DNA of 64,000 nt from an uncultured Desulfurococcales archaeon (GCA_964343115.1 CAYFGU010000002.1:37767-101766), one strand, 5' to 3'. Numbered from the stretch's first letter, positions 17,858 through 29,505 are shown. A program made the numbers and translations. The notes: generated by a model not told the origin, from the sequence alone.

Positions 17858-20800
17858 CTTTGCTTCTCCCTTCTCGCTATGCCCAGCCTCAGCCGTTTCT
17901 CGTCGACCTCCCAGTCCTCAGAGTAGGCCTCTGCCGGGGGCTCGCCATAAATCAGGTTCAGCGCCCTCGTCTCAAATTTAACGTAGTACTCTTTAGCTCT
18001 TACAGCCTGCATCAGCTCATCGTCTCCGGAGACCCAGACGTCTATGTAGGCCTCTATGGGGAGCGAGAGCTTCTTCCTCATGAACTGAACCCTCCTTACG
18101 ACCTCTCTAGCGACACCCTCTGCCTGCTCCTCCTCGCTTAGCCTCTTATCAAGGGCAACCAGGCCATAGCCTGTCTCGATCACCTCAAGCCAGTCTGGGT
18201 ACGTTGCGACTATCTTGACATGCCTGGGCTCTATCCTGAGCGGGCGCCCTTCTACGTTAAGCTCATAGTTACCCTTGCTGAGGAGCTCCCTAGCGACCTC
18301 CTGCTGCTTCTCCATAAGTACCTCGACAACTCTCTTCGTAAGCTTCTTGAACTCAGGGCCCAGGGTTCCGTAGTTGGGCTCAATCCTGTAGACCTTCAGA
18401 TCCTCGAGGAAGCCGGTCTGCGTAACCCTCACGTCCTTGACGTTCGCTGCCGTCATTATCACGTCCTTAAATCTCTCGACGGCCTGTCCTATCTCGTCAC
18501 TTACGGGGACAATGTACAGTGTGCGAAGTGGTCTCCTCAGCTTAATACCGGCCTTGGCCCTAGCCGCCACCGCAGCCTCTACGAGTCTCCTGACTATGTC
18601 CATCTGCTTCTCGAGCTTCGGGTCTATTAGATGCTCATCAGGCGTAGGCATGTCGAGGAGGTGAACGCTCTCCGGGGCGCCACTCTCGGCAGGCCTGACC
18701 AGGCCCTGGTACAGGTATTCGGCGAGGAAGGGCATGAGCGGGGCGGCCATAGCAAGCCATCTCCTGAGAGCATAGTAAAGGGTGAAGTAGGCGGCCCTTT
18801 TGCTGGGGGTGTCCTCCTCCTGCCAGACCCTGCGCCTCACCAGTCTCACGTACCACCTGCTTATGTCCTCAACTATCAGGTCCCTCGCTATCCTGGCCGC
18901 GTCATGCACCTCGAGTCTCTCAAAGGCCCTGCGGTATTCCCTCACGGCGCTGTTGACCCTGGACAGAAGCCATAGGTCCTCCGGCTCAAGGCTACCGAGG
19001 ACGGTCTCAAGGCTCACCGACTCTGGGTCGAAGCCGTCGAGGCTCATGTAAAGGCTAGCGAACGTAAAGACGTTTCTCATCACGGTAAAGTCCCTGGCCG
19101 TTTGCTCTATGTTCCTCCAGGAGAACCTGAGATCCTCCCAGGTCGTGTTCCGAAGTACGTATAGCCTAACTACGTCACGCGGGTACTTAGCTATTAGGTC
19201 TTCGAAGGCGACGTAGTTGCCCAGGGATTTGTGCATTTCCCTTCCCTGCTCGTCAAGCACGAAGCCGTGGACCAGGACCCTCCGGTAAGGAGTCTTGCCG
19301 AAGCCTATCACGCCAGCCCTAAGAAGGCTGAAGAACCAGCCTCTCAGCTGGTCATGACCCTCGACAATGAAGTCTACGGGCATCAGTTCCTCGAACGCTC
19401 TCTTGTCCATGGGGTAACCAAGGCTGGCGTAAAACGCGATGCCGCTGTCGAACCACACGTCAGCTACGTCAGGGACTCTTTTCATCTGGCCTCCGCACTT
19501 GGGGCACCTAAGCTTGACTTCATCTACCCACGGCCTATGGAGAGACTGGGGTCTGTGCCCTCCGAGCCTCTCGAGGTCACTAACGCCTCCCACCACCTCG
19601 ACGTGGCCACAGCTCTCGCATACCCATATCGGCAACGGTATGCCCCAGTACCTTTGCCTACTTATGACCCAGTCCCTGACGTCGCTCACCATCGAGAGTA
19701 TCCTCGACTTGGCCCAGAAAGGCACCCACTCGACAGACTCTACCTCGCGCTCGAGCAGGTCCCTTAGCTTGCTAACGGCTATGAACCACTGGTCTGTTAC
19801 CCTGAGCACGAGCGGCGTTTTGCACCTCCAGCAAACCGGGTACTTGTGCACGACCCTGCCGCTGTGAAGCAGGGCCCCCCGTTCCCTGAGGTCATTTATT
19901 ATCGCCTCATTAGCCTCGGTCCTGAAGTAGAGGCCGCTATATCGGCCAGCCTGATCGGTCATCCTTCCCTGGTTGTCAACAAGGCTCACGGGCGGGACGC
20001 CGAGCCTTGTCCCTACCTCAAAGTCAACGTCGCCGTGTCCGGGAGCCGCGTGGACGAGCCCTGTGCCCTCAGCAGCGCTCACAGCCTCAGGAGCCATAAC
20101 AACCCTGTGGAACCTCTTGAGGAGGGACTGGGCCGGCACGAGGTCCTCAAGCGGGTGCTCGTACTCTAAGCCCTCGAGCTCCCTCCCCTTGACAACGTCG
20201 ACTATCTTATAGTCCTTCACCCCTATCTCCTCCATCACGAAGGGGACCCTGTCCTTGACTATCACATAAGTCTCGCCGTTAGCCTCGACGAAGGCATAGT
20301 CCAGGTCTGGATGGGCCATAACGAAGGCGTTTGCAGGGAGAGTCCATGGGGTCGTTGTCCAGATCACAAGGTACGAGCCCTCACGACCCTTAACCCTGAG
20401 CTTTACGTATATGGACGGGTCTTCTAGATCTACGTACTCCGAGACCTCGTAATCGGCCAAGGTAGTCTCGCAGCGTGGGCACCAGTGAAGGACCCTCCCG
20501 CTCCTATAGAGGAGGCCTTGCTCGTGCGCCTTCTTGATAAGGAACCACCCCGACTCTATGTACCGGTCCATGTAAGTCACGTAGGGGTTATCCCAGTCCA
20601 TGAACACGCCGAGCTGTCTGAAGTTCTCAGTCATGCCTTTGATATTCTGGTCTACAAGTCTCAGGCAGGCGTTTATGAAGTTGGCAATTCCAACCCTTTC
20701 CTCTATGTCCTTCTTGTTCTTAACCCCTAGCTGCTTCTCGACTAAGATCTCAATGGGAAGTCCGTGCGTGTCGTAGCCTGGCCTGTCCCACACATTATAA

Positions 20801-21054
20801 CCTGACATCCTGTAATATCTGAGCAGGGAGTCCTTCAGTACCTTGTTCCATACCGTTCCTACGTGAATCGTTGAGGCGCTCGCGTAAGGGGGACCGTCAA
20901 GGAAGTAAAGCTTCCTGGGGCTGAGCCTTGACTTCGCCTTGACCTTACCATATATGTTGCTGGTCTCCCAGAACCGGATGACCGTCTCCTCAAGCTCGTG
21001 AAGACTCTTGTTGGTATCGCCCGCGATGGAACCGGTTACCTTCAAGGACTTCAC
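17854..21054 (-). CDS. ileS: Isoleucyl-tRNA synthetase
   Basis: 1066 aa; PPYASASTIHVGT (HIGH region), EMHKSLGN (KMSKS), CP1 editing insertion, Zn-ribbon CPRC/CWRC motifs. Confidence 0.95.
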   Translation of the reverse strand: MKSLKVTGSIAGDTNKSLHELEETVIRFWETSNIYGKVKAKSRLSPRKLYFLDGPPYASASTIHVGTVWNKVLKDSLLRYYRMSGYNVWDRPGYDTHGLPIEILVEKQLGVKNKKDIEERVGIANFINACLRLVDQNIKGMTENFRQLGVFMDWDNPYVTYMDRYIESGWFLIKKAHEQGLLYRSGRVLHWCPRCETTLADYEVSEYVDLEDPSIYVKLRVKGREGSYLVIWTTTPWTLPANAFVMAHPDLDYAFVEANGETYVIVKDRVPFVMEEIGVKDYKIVDVVKGRELEGLEYEHPLEDLVPAQSLLKRFHRVVMAPEAVSAAEGTGLVHAAPGHGDVDFEVGTRLGVPPVSLVDNQGRMTDQAGRYSGLYFRTEANEAIINDLRERGALLHSGRVVHKYPVCWRCKTPLVLRVTDQWFIAVSKLRDLLEREVESVEWVPFWAKSRILSMVSDVRDWVISRQRYWGIPLPIWVCESCGHVEVVGGVSDLERLGGHRPQSLHRPWVDEVKLRCPKCGGQMKRVPDVADVWFDSGIAFYASLGYPMDKRAFEELMPVDFIVEGHDQLRGWFFSLLRAGVIGFGKTPYRRVLVHGFVLDEQGREMHKSLGNYVAFEDLIAKYPRDVVRLYVLRNTTWEDLRFSWRNIEQTARDFTVMRNVFTFASLYMSLDGFDPESVSLETVLGSLEPEDLWLLSRVNSAVREYRRAFERLEVHDAARIARDLIVEDISRWYVRLVRRRVWQEEDTPSKRAAYFTLYYALRRWLAMAAPLMPFLAEYLYQGLVRPAESGAPESVHLLDMPTPDEHLIDPKLEKQMDIVRRLVEAAVAARAKAGIKLRRPLRTLYIVPVSDEIGQAVERFKDVIMTAANVKDVRVTQTGFLEDLKVYRIEPNYGTLGPEFKKLTKRVVEVLMEKQQEVARELLSKGNYELNVEGRPLRIEPRHVKIVATYPDWLEVIETGYGLVALDKRLSEEEQAEGVAREVVRRVQFMRKKLSLPIEAYIDVWVSGDDELMQAVRAKEYYVKFETRALNLIYGEPPAEAYSEDWEVDEKRLRLGIARREKQS

Positions 21055-21323
21055 CTCGAGGTGTCAATCCAGTCAACCTTTACATACTGTGATTTAACTA
21101 TGTCGGATACCAGGGACTTTATCTCGTCCACGAGACCGTCCTTGTCTAGGGGTAGCTCGATAAACCTGTACTCGGGGGCCACGGAGGACCTGATCTCCTT
21201 GGGCGTCACCCCATATTTGGAACTTAGCAGCTCGATGACTCTCCTGTGGGCATCCTCGTCATAGGCCGTGTAATATATCCTATATAGTCTCTTGTGGAGC
21301 CCCCTCGCCTCCTCCTTGTTCAC
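21051..21323 (-). CDS. Hypothetical small protein (90 aa)
   Basis: The ORF stop overlaps the ileS GTG start (GTGA junction at 21051-21054), which suggests co-translation with ileS. No family recognised. Confidence 0.45.
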   Translation of the reverse strand: MNKEEARGLHKRLYRIYYTAYDEDAHRRVIELLSSKYGVTPKEIRSSVAPEYRFIELPLDKDGLVDEIKSLVSDIVKSQYVKVDWIDTSR

Positions 21324-21384
21324 GAGCTGCCGCCAAGGCCAAATGGCGGAAGCCCCTTTTCAGCTTTATTATGGGCATAGGGAT

Positions 21385-22452
21385 CTACCCTGTCGGCCGG
21401 GCAAGGTATATGTTGTCGTCATCCCTGATAACTAAACCCCTTACGTAAGACCCCCTAGGAGGGCTCCCCTTGACGCCGACTATGGCGAATGACCTTGTGC
21501 AGGTCTCGTCTGCCGCCAGCAGCTCGCCACTTAGCCAGCCTTCACCTGCGACGACTAGGTCTATCTCGTCCCCCCTTCTATAGGGTCTCTCTACCCTGGG
21601 TGCTCTCCTTATGCCTATCTCGTCAGGCCTGAGGAGGAGCCTGTACCCTGTCTCGCCCTCCAGCCTCCTGAGGAACTTATAGAAGCGATCCCAGGACCAA
21701 GGCCTTACGTTTGGGGGCTTCCTGCCGAACCTATGAACCTCAAACTTCTGTATCAGGACACCGCTAGGCCAGCCAGACCTCTCGCCCAGCCTGTGCCGCT
21801 TGGCCCACTCTATCAGTGCCTTCATCTCCCCCTCGTTGAGTCCAGGGACGATGACTGGCGTCAGCACGAAATCTATGTCGGTCTCGGCCAGGGCCTTCTC
21901 GACAACTGATAGTACCCTCGACACATCGTACCACTCAGCGTTAACGAGCCTCCTCGCGAGGGAGGGGTCCATAGCGTCTATGCTGAGGTTGACCCTGTCG
22001 AGGCCAGCCTTGTCAAGCGCCTTCAGGAGCGGGAGCGAGAGGCTACCTCCATGTGTCTCAATGGCTACCCTCTTTACGCCGTTGACTGACTTCAGCTCCC
22101 TTACTATATTGATTATGCGGGGATTTGTGAGGGGCTCGCCGACGCCGTCTATTAGGGCCTCCACGCCAACTCCCTTAAGCCTGACCACCTCTGCGAACCA
22201 TTGGACGAGCCAATCTACGTCGTCAACTATGTACTCAGCCCTCCTGCTCCTTGAGGAGGGTCCTGCATCTACGCTGCAGAACACGCAGTCGTGAAAGCAG
22301 AGGGTAGAGGGCCTGACCTGAACTACGTTCGTCCCCCGCTCTATGATGCCGAAGGCAATGTGGCCTATCATGGGGAAAGGCCTAGCTAGCCTGAGGACCC
22401 TCCTCCCGTTAACAACAGGGCCCTCCTTAACCCCTCTCATACACCCCTCCAA
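21385..22452 (-). CDS. Radical SAM protein
   Basis: CFHDCVFC is the CxxxCxxC cluster motif near the N-terminus. 355 aa with a beta-rich C-terminal domain. The start overlaps the upstream PP-loop gene by 26 nt. Confidence 0.75.
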   Translation of the reverse strand: MEGCMRGVKEGPVVNGRRVLRLARPFPMIGHIAFGIIERGTNVVQVRPSTLCFHDCVFCSVDAGPSSRSRRAEYIVDDVDWLVQWFAEVVRLKGVGVEALIDGVGEPLTNPRIINIVRELKSVNGVKRVAIETHGGSLSLPLLKALDKAGLDRVNLSIDAMDPSLARRLVNAEWYDVSRVLSVVEKALAETDIDFVLTPVIVPGLNEGEMKALIEWAKRHRLGERSGWPSGVLIQKFEVHRFGRKPPNVRPWSWDRFYKFLRRLEGETGYRLLLRPDEIGIRRAPRVERPYRRGDEIDLVVAGEGWLSGELLAADETCTRSFAIVGVKGSPPRGSYVRGLVIRDDDNIYLARPTG

Positions 22453-23449
22453 GGCTCACACCAAGGCTCACTACCCTAGCAAGCCTCGCGTACCTCGGGG
22501 TCGAGACCCCTAGGCCCCTGAGCAGCTCGCACATCTTGCACAGCCTCCTCCCAGGGGGGACGGGCTCCCCGCAGACCTCACACCTTGCAAGGTCGCTTGT
22601 GGGTCTAGTTCCGAGGGCAAGCGGCAGTAGTAGCTCGTCGAGCAGCTCCATGAACCTCAGAAGCGCCCCCGGGTTCTCGGCCTCAAATGAGTAGAGGGCC
22701 CTCCTTACCCTCGCCCTGAGGGTCGGGAGCTGATAGATATAAGGGCACTCGGTCTCCTGTATGTGGTAGCCCCTTAGCTTCACGAAGGCAGCGGTCTCCC
22801 ACTCATATATCTTCCTGAGGGGCTTCACCCTCCTCACGAGGAGCGGGTCCTCTACTACCTTGGCGGCGGGGTGCTGCCTGACGAGGCTCTCTAGGTCACC
22901 CCTTAGGACGTTGATTATGGCGGTCTGGGACTCGTCGTCGAGGTTATGGGCCGTTGCGAGCTTATTGACGCCGAGCTCCCTGGCGACCCTATTCATTATC
23001 CTCCTTCTGGCCAGGCCACAGTAGGTGCAGGCCGAGATGCCCGTGCCTCTGACCTTAGCCTCCGCAACCATTTCATCAACGCTCATCCCAACATAGTCCT
23101 TTACGCTCGTGACGATTACGTCGACCCCCATCTGTTTCGCTGTCTCGACAAGGAACTTCGCGTCCTCCTCCTTGTTGTAGCCCCTTATGCCTTCTATGAT
23201 GTTAAGTGCGACTATCTTGCTGGGGCTATGGATCCTCACCATGGACTCTAGCAGCACATAGCCGTCCTTGCCGCCGCTGAGGGCTAGCAGGAGCGTGTCG
23301 CCAGGTTCCACCATTGACCACCTGTTAACCTCTCTCTTGACCCTTGAAACCACGTCCTCGATGAAGCACTCAGCGCAGAGGGCCCTCCCAGTATGGGGCT
23401 GGAGCACGGCCGCAGGCCTGACCCCGCACACGTCACAGAGTCTGGTCAA
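22427..23449 (-). CDS. PP-loop ATPase, TtuA/NcsA(Ncs6)-type tRNA 2-thiolation protein
   Basis: N-terminal Zn finger CDVCG..CAEC, PP-loop LALSGGKDG, central CTYCG, C-terminal CEVCG..CKMC. This is the TtuA/Ncs6 architecture. Confidence 0.75.
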   Translation of the reverse strand: MTRLCDVCGVRPAAVLQPHTGRALCAECFIEDVVSRVKREVNRWSMVEPGDTLLLALSGGKDGYVLLESMVRIHSPSKIVALNIIEGIRGYNKEEDAKFLVETAKQMGVDVIVTSVKDYVGMSVDEMVAEAKVRGTGISACTYCGLARRRIMNRVARELGVNKLATAHNLDDESQTAIINVLRGDLESLVRQHPAAKVVEDPLLVRRVKPLRKIYEWETAAFVKLRGYHIQETECPYIYQLPTLRARVRRALYSFEAENPGALLRFMELLDELLLPLALGTRPTSDLARCEVCGEPVPPGRRLCKMCELLRGLGVSTPRYARLARVVSLGVSLGGVYERG

Positions 23450-23528
23450 CGCCCTTAGTTCGCTAAGCGTCTTTCATCACAAGCGCTTATTAATTCATGC
23501 GCGAAAGAATGATGTCCTGGCAAGGCTT

Positions 23529-24039
23529 GTGGAGCAAACAAGGCCTGCGGCAGCCGTGTTAGTGCTGGTGTCAGCTAAGCCTTACCACGTGCTAGTCGAG
23601 AGGAAGTCCTGCACTAGGGGCTATAGGTTCGCATGCGACCTGGCGTTCCCTGGGGGGCTGATAGCGCCAGGCGAGAGCCCTCAGGAAACGGCCCTCAGAG
23701 AGGCGTGGGAGGAGGCCTGGGTACCACCCAGGGCCGTCAAGGTCATTGGAAGCCTTGGAGTCTTCCACACCATGTCGAGACCCGTTATATACACAGAGGC
23801 CGTAGTTGGCCTTGCTAAAGGCCCCATATGTCCGAGGCCCAGAGGCCCTGAGGTAGACGCGGTTTTCTGGGGCGCCGCTTGAACAAGTAACGTCCCCATC
23901 CATGGTTATGCACCCAGTCAGGGGCTACGTTGACGGAGTAGTGCTGGGTCCTAACCTGGTCCTGTGGGGGCTGTCCCTTAGAATTGCAATGAGACTCAAG
24001 GAGGTTATAGACGAGCTAGCCGTACCTAACCTTAAGTAG
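23529..24039 (+). pseudogene. Nudix hydrolase (CoA-pyrophosphatase-like), interrupted by a +1 frameshift in a G-run
   Basis: Nudix box GGLIAPGESPQETALREAWEEAWV. Frame A stops at 23880-23882 after EVDAVFWGAA. Frame B (open from 23857) continues ...PLEQVTSPSMVMHPVRGYVDGVVLGPNLVLWGLSLRIAMRLKEVIDELA to the TAG at 24037-24039. Removing one G from GGGG (23868-23871) joins them as EVDAVFWAPLEQV. The GTG start at 23529 is assumed from a TATA-like TTATTAAT about 35 nt upstream. Confidence 0.6.
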
Positions 24040-26457
24040 GGCAGCAATAGATTTGTACTTATTGTCAACGCCTAGAGACCTGAGCTCCTCCGCACGCTGC
24101 CTAAGCACGTTGTTCCTCAGGTCAATGAAGGCCTCCTGGACCTCTCCTAAGAGCTCCAAGGGTAGCCCAAGGTCTAGGTATGCCCTGATGAGAGTCTCCA
24201 GGTCGTCAAGGGCTGCAGAGTCCGTCGGCCTCTCCTTCAGATGGCCTACTATCTCGAGGAGGAGCTTGGTGAAGTAAGATGAGACGTCAGCCCCGACCTT
24301 GACCCCAGCGGACGAGGCCCACTTAGCAAGCTCAAGGACTAGCTCCGAGTTTAGTGGCGTGGTGGTGAGCGACTGAACGAGCGACTTCTCTATGAAGTAC
24401 TCTAGCAGGTGTTCAAAGACGCGCGGGTAGTTCAGCCCAAGGCCCCTTATGTAGTACATCAGTGGCGCATAGCTCTCATAGAGAGAGTCGAACTGCCTGG
24501 TCAGGTCGGTTATCGCGCCCTCAGCTACGCGCAGTATCAGGTTCTTCTGCTCATCCTTAAGAACGCCTCTTAGGTCTACCACATTGCCATTGAAGGTCTT
24601 GTTGAGGTAGTCGACCAGGTCAGGTATCATGCCATTTGAGAACATTGAGGAGACTGTCGACTCGAGTCCCTCGTAGTCCTTTGTCGACTCTACGAGGCCG
24701 GCTGCGCCGTAAATGTTGTACCAGCCGTAGTAAACCCCTGCGAACATCACCTTGTAGTGGCTCCACGTGATCCTTGATATCATGGTTGCAAGGCCTGAGA
24801 CCGCCCTGAACCGGCCGAGCCTGAGTGGCAGGACCCTCTCAATGATGACCCTGTACGAGTAGAAGTCGGTCTCCGGGGGCACCGACTCAAAGAGCAGCCT
24901 CATAGCCAACATGGCGGCTAGCCTCTCGGGGCCTATTGACGAAGAGACGGCGTACCTTATGTAAAGGTCCTTCCCTGTACCCTCCTGAGGGACGTTAGAC
25001 TTAGCCTTCGCGAGCGTCTCGAGTATCTGGGGCTCTACGTCCGGACCACCTATCGACCTCAGGAGCTCAACGGCCCTCCTCATGTGTCTGAGAGCCTGGA
25101 CAGGCTCAGGGCGAGCTATGTCCTCGAAGAACCATGCGTCGCTGGACTGAGCTAACAGGGCGTGCCTGAAGAGCTCAAGGAGCCTTAAAGCCCTGTTCTT
25201 CGCCTCCTCTCCCCCAGCCACGACGTGCTTTTGAAGGTACTCACTCGTAGCATCAGGCGTCCTGGATAAAAGGACTTCAGCGTAGTCGAGGACGGCCCTC
25301 ATCGGGTCGTCGAAGAGCCCTTTACCGGCAGCGTAGAGGGCGCTGAGGGACTCATCGGCCAGCTTGTCAACGGCCTCCCTCAAAGGCGTCCTCCACTCCT
25401 GCGTCCATCCTGGCCTGATCTCGGATCCGCAACCGCAATTGCTCCGCCACCTCTCGATGCCATGGGGGCAGCTCCAGGAAGTGTTCTCTGCCACCTCAAT
25501 GGTTGCTGCAGGCGGGCTGATCGTAAGGTCGAACTCTGCGAGGTTGGTAAGACGTAGCCCATAGGACTGGGCCAGCATAAAGGCCCGGGCTAGCTCTATC
25601 TCACCCCTTTTCTTATGATGTCCAAAGGTTTCCCCGTCCACGGCTATCGAGACGAGCTGGGGCGTTAGCCTGTTGTCGTAAGTCTCGAGGACCCTTCTTA
25701 TGAGCAGCTCGCCGCTCTTCAGGAGGTCACCAAACGCTATGAGGCCCGACAGCCATCTGTTATATACTACTACGTCAATGCTGTCGCCGCTTGGAAGGAG
25801 GGCCTTGTACGCGACCCTGGTATCTACGCCCTGCTCCGTGAGGGGCGTCCTCGACCCATCCTGGGCAACCAGGCTCTTAACCTGGTGAGGTCCAAGTATA
25901 ACGAACTTTATTCCATAGTCCTTAATGATCTGAAGGGTCTCATTGTCGACGGCTGCCTCAGGGAGCCAGAAGCCCTCAGGCTCCCTCTCAAAGGTCTTCT
26001 CAAAGAACCTGATGCCCCACGATATTGAGGCCCTCCTGTACTCAGGCCTTGACAGGGGCATTATTATGTGAGCGTATGGCTGCGCTATTGCGTTGCCGTG
26101 GCCTGAACGCTTAACGACGCTCTCCTTGTCAGCTGAAACTATGGCATCGACAAGCTTAGGGTACCTCCTGGTCAAGTACTGAAGCAGGAGCGGCCCGAAG
26201 CTGAAGGTCAGGTTTAGATAGTTATTGACGATATCCTCAACGAAGCCCTCTTCGTCCTCAAGCCTCGCCCTCGCATTGGCGAGGTAGCTGTCGTGTGCTA
26301 CCAGGTCGTTCCAGTCGTGGAAGGGTCTCGTTGTCGGGTCAAGGTCGACCTCCTCAGTCCAGGGGTTAAATCGAGGAGGCTGGTAGAAGTGGCCGAATAC
26401 GGCGAAGTACCTTTCGCCAGCTCCAGTCAAAGCTCGGCCCGTACAGCCGTAGAGCAT
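24016..26457 (-). CDS. GH57-family glycoside hydrolase (alpha-glucan active) with long helical C-terminal region
   Basis: FGHFYQPPR, GFWLPEAAV and DGETFGHH correspond to GH57 conserved regions. 813 aa. Confidence 0.75.
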   Translation of the reverse strand: MLYGCTGRALTGAGERYFAVFGHFYQPPRFNPWTEEVDLDPTTRPFHDWNDLVAHDSYLANARARLEDEEGFVEDIVNNYLNLTFSFGPLLLQYLTRRYPKLVDAIVSADKESVVKRSGHGNAIAQPYAHIIMPLSRPEYRRASISWGIRFFEKTFEREPEGFWLPEAAVDNETLQIIKDYGIKFVILGPHQVKSLVAQDGSRTPLTEQGVDTRVAYKALLPSGDSIDVVVYNRWLSGLIAFGDLLKSGELLIRRVLETYDNRLTPQLVSIAVDGETFGHHKKRGEIELARAFMLAQSYGLRLTNLAEFDLTISPPAATIEVAENTSWSCPHGIERWRSNCGCGSEIRPGWTQEWRTPLREAVDKLADESLSALYAAGKGLFDDPMRAVLDYAEVLLSRTPDATSEYLQKHVVAGGEEAKNRALRLLELFRHALLAQSSDAWFFEDIARPEPVQALRHMRRAVELLRSIGGPDVEPQILETLAKAKSNVPQEGTGKDLYIRYAVSSSIGPERLAAMLAMRLLFESVPPETDFYSYRVIIERVLPLRLGRFRAVSGLATMISRITWSHYKVMFAGVYYGWYNIYGAAGLVESTKDYEGLESTVSSMFSNGMIPDLVDYLNKTFNGNVVDLRGVLKDEQKNLILRVAEGAITDLTRQFDSLYESYAPLMYYIRGLGLNYPRVFEHLLEYFIEKSLVQSLTTTPLNSELVLELAKWASSAGVKVGADVSSYFTKLLLEIVGHLKERPTDSAALDDLETLIRAYLDLGLPLELLGEVQEAFIDLRNNVLRQRAEELRSLGVDNKYKSIAALLKVRYG

Positions 26458-26495
26458 AGGAAGCTATAAGCATAGAACCGTGTCGTCGGCCAACA

Positions 26496-28054
<1,559 letters not shown>

Positions 28055-28058
<4 letters not shown>

Positions 28059-29449
28059 GCCTTCGCCACCTCCTGAAGCACCTCAACAAGCGAGTCTATG
28101 TCGTCCTTTGTGTGAACCTCAGTAAAGCTCAGCAGCCCCCACTCTCTTGGGGCCCAGTCCGTGTACCTAGCGAGGGGGATCCCAGCCATGTAGCCCGCCT
28201 CGATGGCCTCCCTCCACAGCGATTCATAATCTGTGGGGGCGGAAACTATGAAGTCCCCGAAGAACTCGCCCTTGAGGACAGGCGATGAGAACACCCCCGA
28301 CTTAGACAGCCTGGCCGCCGCGTAGTGGGCCCTATACCATATGGACTCCGCGAGCTCCTGTAGTCCACGCCTCCCGATAAGCGAGAGGTAGACAGCAGCA
28401 GCGATCGCGTTGAGCGCCGCGTTGGTCGTTATGTTGCTGGTTGCCTTAGACCTTCTTATATGCTGCTCCCTTGTCTGGAGGATCATCGCGAATGACCTTC
28501 GGCCCTGGCTGTCAGCTGTCATGCCGATAAGCCTGCCAGGCATCTGCTTCACAAGCTCGCCTTCCCACCTCACGGCCATTATCCCTAACGTCGACCCTCC
28601 CAGGTTGAGACCTAGGCCGAGCGGCTGACCCTCACCTACAGCTATGTCAGCCCCTAGCTCACCTGGTGGCCTGTAAAGGCCCAAGGCTATCGGGTTAACC
28701 CCCACTATGAAGAGGGAGCCTGCGTCGTGGGCCACCTCGCCGACCGAACCCGCGTTGGCGTCAACTACCCCCGTGAACGTGTGAGGGAACTCTATATAGA
28801 CGGCGGACGCTTTGCTTGAGAGCCTGGCCTTAAGGTCCTCCAGGTCAGCGTAACCGGTCTCAAGACTTACGTTGTAGCGCTCTATTATGATGCCCTGAGC
28901 CCAAGTGTACGCCTCAAGGGTCTTGAGGTGGAACGGGTTAATGGTAGAGGGCACCAGGATTCTTTTGACCCCCCTGACCCTTACCGCCATAAGGGCTGCC
29001 TCCCCAAGGGCGCTGCCCCAGTCATACATGCTGGCGTTAACTACGTCCATAGCCAGCAGGTCCGCCATTAGACTCTGGTACTCGAATAGGGCCTGGAGGA
29101 GCCCTTGGCTTATTTCTGGCTGGTAGGGGGTGTACGCTGTAAGGAACTCCCCTCTTTCAACGATCTGTCTCACGGCTGGGGGGACGTAGTGGGGCCAGAC
29201 CCCACCGCCAGCAAATGGAGCGGCCCTGAGCTGCCTGACCTTCGAAAGCTTCTGTTCGACCCTCCTTGAAACCTCCGTCTCGCTCAGAGGCCTGCCGGCG
29301 CCTATCGGCAGCGAGTTCCATCGGTCCTCGTTGATAACTACGGAGCTGGGTATGTCGCGGAAGAGGGCTTCAGGTGACTCGACGCCTATTACCTTGAGCA
29401 TCTCAGATTTGATCGGGGGGCTGCTGTTAGGTATCCAGGGGTGCTCCAC
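28055..29449 (-). CDS. gcvPA: Glycine dehydrogenase (decarboxylating) subunit 1
   Basis: YTPYQPEISQGLLQALFEYQ is the hallmark of P-protein subunit 1. 464 aa. Confidence 0.9.
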
Positions 29450-29505
29450 GAAAGACCCCGCTGGAGAGCAGGCGAGGGGGTATTATTTTGTCGAGCAGCT
29501 TCCTG

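Noticed and set aside
17148-17981. 277-aa plus-strand ORF
   Set aside because: It runs antisense across the argS start, the Cas4-like gene and the ileS end. Its S/L/P-rich composition marks it as an artefact.
23268-23528. N-terminal 87 codons of ORF 23268..23882
   Set aside because: This part lies antisense to the TtuA-like gene start, and the Nudix homology begins only after about 23529. I trimmed it to a GTG behind a TATA-like box.
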